DNA of 63,667 bases, filler included, from Candidatus Woesearchaeota archaeon (GTDB lineage: Archaea > Nanobdellota > Nanobdellia > Woesearchaeales > GCA-2685855): the NCBI GenBank assembly GCA_002685855.1. It is 5 parts of 5 records of this genome, joined end to end, with 100 filler letters (N's around TTAATTAATTAA, not from the genome) between each part and the next. Parts side by side here need not be neighbours in the genome. Positions count along the whole stretch, not along the records: positions 53,986 to 63,667 come from NYYS01000015.1; 4 more parts are not named here. One strand, 5' to 3'. Under the pieces are notes generated by a model, which saw only the letters and a program-made list of their open reading frames with translations, made no database searches and was not told the DNA's origin. Positions within the stretch are counted from its first letter, which is position 1. Each line of letters begins with the position of its first letter. The position numbers and the translations under genes were made by a program. Below are positions 60,712 to 63,667 of this stretch, piece after piece.

Positions 60712-61896
60712 ATGCTTACCAGATCATTACACTACACTGTTCTCAAAAGATTTGGGCATAAAGGAATAGATATCTCAAGATATGGATCTCCTATGGTTGT
60801 CACAAGTGCCCAACTTGGAAGATTACGACAACTACGATTTCCCGCTAGTGCCTCGCAACTTCTTGTTCAATATGAGGATATTGAAGACTTCTGGAAGTCC
60901 CCCTTCAGAATGATTTTTCCGGGTGTGGGAAAACATCTAAATGAACTCTATCCCAGAAGTTCTACTAAAGCACGCGAAGATGTAAAGGTATTAAGATCTA
61001 TTGCAGCAGAAGAAGGTAGACTCCTCTTTGGAAGGACAAAGAGTCTTATCTTTCGCCCTCAAAGAAGAATAGAGAGAAACTGGGAAAATGTCCTTAAAAA
61101 CTTTAGAGAGGAAAGAGATGGAATACAGGAATTAGTGGATGCAAGATCAAAAACCTACTTTTGTACAGACTTCCCAAAAAAATTACGTGCCATATATACT
61201 AGAATGGGACCTGACAACCCTAAAAGAGAACTCATTGAAGGCCTTATTTTTTTGACCTCATCTGTTAGCCAAAAACTCTACCATCAAATATTTGCTTTGA
61301 AAGTAGACCGTACAGAAACATTATTAGAAATAGATCATGACCTTGCATTAACCTACCTCAATTTTCGACTCAATGACGATAAAAAACTCTCTGATGGTTT
61401 TAATAAAAGAAACAAATCAGTCGGGAGGTATAATCCTTCGCCCTTTCAAGCTCCATACTTTCTACAAAGAGATTCTGAACTCTTCAGAAGCATTGTTGAC
61501 AGCTGTTATGTAGCAGAACCGCATAAACGAAGAATAATTCCTGCATCTGCAAAAACAGACACGGATATCCTCTACCATACGCCGCAGGAACGACTTGAAG
61601 AAGCAATACTATCTCAACATAACAGGTCCATTCCAGATTATCTTAATCAAAGAATAGATTGTTTTATTAAAGAAGATCTCCCCGCAATCGGCATCACCGA
61701 AGACAGCTATCCAGACCTTTCTGCATCATTTTCAGAATTTCGCCTCACAAGGCACTTTCGAAAAAAAGGTGATGCCTTAAACGAATACCAATCGTATGCA
61801 TTCTTTGATGATGTGTGCCTTCACCTCAGAGATCATGGAACTATAGATAAATCCTGTCTTGACTCTCTGTATGAAACAGTAAGAACAACTGTTTAA
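60712..61896 (+). CDS. Hypothetical protein
   Basis: 394-aa ORF; frame stays open upstream to 60607. Confidence 0.75.
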   Translation: MLTRSLHYTVLKRFGHKGIDISRYGSPMVVTSAQLGRLRQLRFPASASQLLVQYEDIEDFWKSPFRMIFPGVGKHLNELYPRSSTKAREDVKVLRSIAAEEGRLLFGRTKSLIFRPQRRIERNWENVLKNFREERDGIQELVDARSKTYFCTDFPKKLRAIYTRMGPDNPKRELIEGLIFLTSSVSQKLYHQIFALKVDRTETLLEIDHDLALTYLNFRLNDDKKLSDGFNKRNKSVGRYNPSPFQAPYFLQRDSELFRSIVDSCYVAEPHKRRIIPASAKTDTDILYHTPQERLEEAILSQHNRSIPDYLNQRIDCFIKEDLPAIGITEDSYPDLSASFSEFRLTRHFRKKGDALNEYQSYAFFDDVCLHLRDHGTIDKSCLDSLYETVRTTV

Positions 61897-61904
61897 TAGA
61901 ACTT

Positions 61905-62510
61905 TCAACCCTTTGATTTATTTCTTCCCCTTCCCTCAACCTTCTCAAGCCGTTCCAAAACACTATCTCTATCCTTCACTCGATATCCAAAAAGAAACGA
62001 TTGAAACCCCTTCTCAAACAACAACGAATGCCGACTCTCCAACGCCTGCCGAAACAGATGAAGATCAACAGCCTTATCCTCAACCTTGCAACTAAACACC
62101 GACAACCCAAAATCAAGAAGATGCACAACACCCTTCCTCAAAATAAGATTGCTCGTCGTAAGATCTCCATGCACAATATTAAGATCATGTAACCTTCCCA
62201 CCAAGACACCAACCTCTTTAAACAGCCTCATCGCCTCATCCTCGCCAACCTCATCAAGATAATCACGCAAAAGATTCCCCTCAATCCACTCCATACGCAA
62301 TACAAACTCTTCCACATCCACCAATGCGGGAGCAGGAATTCCCTCATCCTTCAACCGACAAAGAACCTTTGCCTCTCTCTTTGTCCTACTCCTTCGAATA
62401 GAAATATCTAACTCCTTATCACGATACCCTTTACTAATTCTTTCCTTAACAAGAACATCCCCTTCCCGAACCAGCTTTGCTTCAGCACCCTGAGCAATAA
62501 GAGAACCCAT
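61905..62510 (-). CDS. bud32: KEOPS kinase Bud32
   Basis: QGAEA, KERISKGYR, HGDLTTSN, DFGL, EDKAVDL. Confidence 0.95.
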   Translation of the reverse strand: MGSLIAQGAEAKLVREGDVLVKERISKGYRDKELDISIRRSRTKREAKVLCRLKDEGIPAPALVDVEEFVLRMEWIEGNLLRDYLDEVGEDEAMRLFKEVGVLVGRLHDLNIVHGDLTTSNLILRKGVVHLLDFGLSVFSCKVEDKAVDLHLFRQALESRHSLLFEKGFQSFLFGYRVKDRDSVLERLEKVEGRGRNKSKG

Positions 62511-62511
62511 C

Positions 62512-62808
62512 CTATTCATCCTGACAGAATATCTCATCCATCTCGTACTTATTAACCCTTCTCTGATTAAGAATACTTAGCACAGGCTTCTTATCCCTGC
62601 CGCCCGTAACCTCGTCCAACTCCATCTCCTTATAAGAATCTGTCTTACTCTTCACAACCTCTTCCTCTTTGTATGCTTTCTCTATAGGATCAATTTTCTT
62701 CTTTTTATCATCTTCGTACTCAGGATAATCATCATAAAGTTCATCCTCTTCTTTCTCTATAGAATCATCATAAATGTCATCTTCATCTGAACAATGGATT
62801 TCACTCAT
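62512..62808 (-). CDS. Acidic hypothetical protein
   Basis: GGTGG SD; coupled to both flanking genes. Confidence 0.7.
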   Translation of the reverse strand: MSEIHCSDEDDIYDDSIEKEEDELYDDYPEYEDDKKKKIDPIEKAYKEEEVVKSKTDSYKEMELDEVTGGRDKKPVLSILNQRRVNKYEMDEIFCQDE

Positions 62809-63476
62809 TCTAAACCACCTTGAATATTCAAACGTTTATCCTCTCTTCTCTTCTTTGAAGCTTTTTCTATCTCAGCAGCACGACCCAATGCATACAACTC
62901 AATCGATGCAACTACACCATAAAGCATATTTGCAATATCGATTCCTCCATCAATCGAAGAGGAAAGATCTCCCTGAGGATCTCTTCCAACAACTACTGCA
63001 TCCCTTCGAGAAAGTTCAGCAGTAACATCATCTATCGCAATCGTTGCCATCTGACACACAAGGTCTATATGGTTGGCCAGATTTCGAGGTTCCCTAGGAT
63101 GAGTATAACTCGTAATTCTTGCCTTTGTCCGATAAAGATTCAATCTCTCAAAATCAAATCCCTTACGCAGCTCAGTTGACTGTATATAAGGATACAAAAA
63201 ACCCTTTGGCTGCTCCATCTCTACAGGTTGTGGTGTAAACCATTGGGTAGAATTAAAGTTGAAATGAACCGCTCCAAATGCAGCACGAATACTGTGAAGA
63301 GGAAATACGGGAGCCGTATTTCCTGTATACACCAAAGACACCTGTGCAACACCATCTCCTTCACTCAATTTGAGATCTGCATGGCCAATATAGCGAGGAC
63401 CTCTTTCGCCAGGTAATTTATGCACATCAAAGCGTAGTCGCCTTTCAACTCCTTTTTTCAATATTCCATCAGTCAT
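62805..63476 (-). CDS. Hypothetical protein
   Basis: 223-aa ORF heading the bud32 operon. Confidence 0.75.
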   Translation of the reverse strand: MTDGILKKGVERRLRFDVHKLPGERGPRYIGHADLKLSEGDGVAQVSLVYTGNTAPVFPLHSIRAAFGAVHFNFNSTQWFTPQPVEMEQPKGFLYPYIQSTELRKGFDFERLNLYRTKARITSYTHPREPRNLANHIDLVCQMATIAIDDVTAELSRRDAVVVGRDPQGDLSSSIDGGIDIANMLYGVVASIELYALGRAAEIEKASKKRREDKRLNIQGGLE

Positions 63477-63601
63477 TGTGGGGTAACCTTTAAACCGTTT
63501 CTAATGTCTTCTAGGGAAATGGTTTCGTTCTATTTATAAATTTTTCGATTCATCGTCACTCGAAAGTAGCAAAGTATTCTTTTCTATACTGAAAATAAAG
63601 A

Positions 63602-63626
63602 GTACTACGTCCTTTAGGGCGTAGGG
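63602..63626. repeat. REP/IS200-605-end-like hairpin, copy 2 (opposite orientation)
   Basis: Reverse complement CC CTACGCCCT AA AGGACGTAG TAC. Confidence 0.65.
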
Positions 63627-63667
63627 TTTGAGTTCTTGGTTGTTGTAGAAAAGTTTTTCAGGGGCAG

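Overview
The window is five contig pieces joined by four 100-nt N/TTAATTAATTAA/N linkers (21310-21409, 31735-31834, 38122-38221, 53886-53985), so adjacency across linkers means nothing. The DNA is archaeal (eS6, uL16/L10e, Cdc48, Bud32, NOG1, TATA/BRE promoters, BHB-intron tRNAs, long SRP RNA). Gene style and large secreted-protein clusters suggest a DPANN (Woesearchaeota-like) MAG; that taxonomy is my inference. Housekeeping content includes leuS, metG, AlaX, ppsA, bacterial-type gap-pgk, an ackA fragment, a polyamine operon, nadA plus an NrtR regulator, MscS, a K+-channel homolog, a Ca/Na antiporter, a Lon-like protease and a PLD. The best candidate for an undescribed system is leader-peptide control in this archaeon. 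A leaderless 14-aa uORF with four consecutive Leu codons and switchable pairings precedes leuS, and a 9-aa uORF plus U-tract precedes the polyamine operon. Other highlights: a twin-arginine peptidoglycan amidase with LysM-like repeats, a sigma-70 region 4.2 fragment on an archaeal contig, two matching NrtR-type operators, an SRP RNA lacking the helix-8 GNRA loop, tRNAs with two and three introns, and a K+-channel homolog lacking GYG. All calls come from reading motifs by eye; no searches or folding programs were run.
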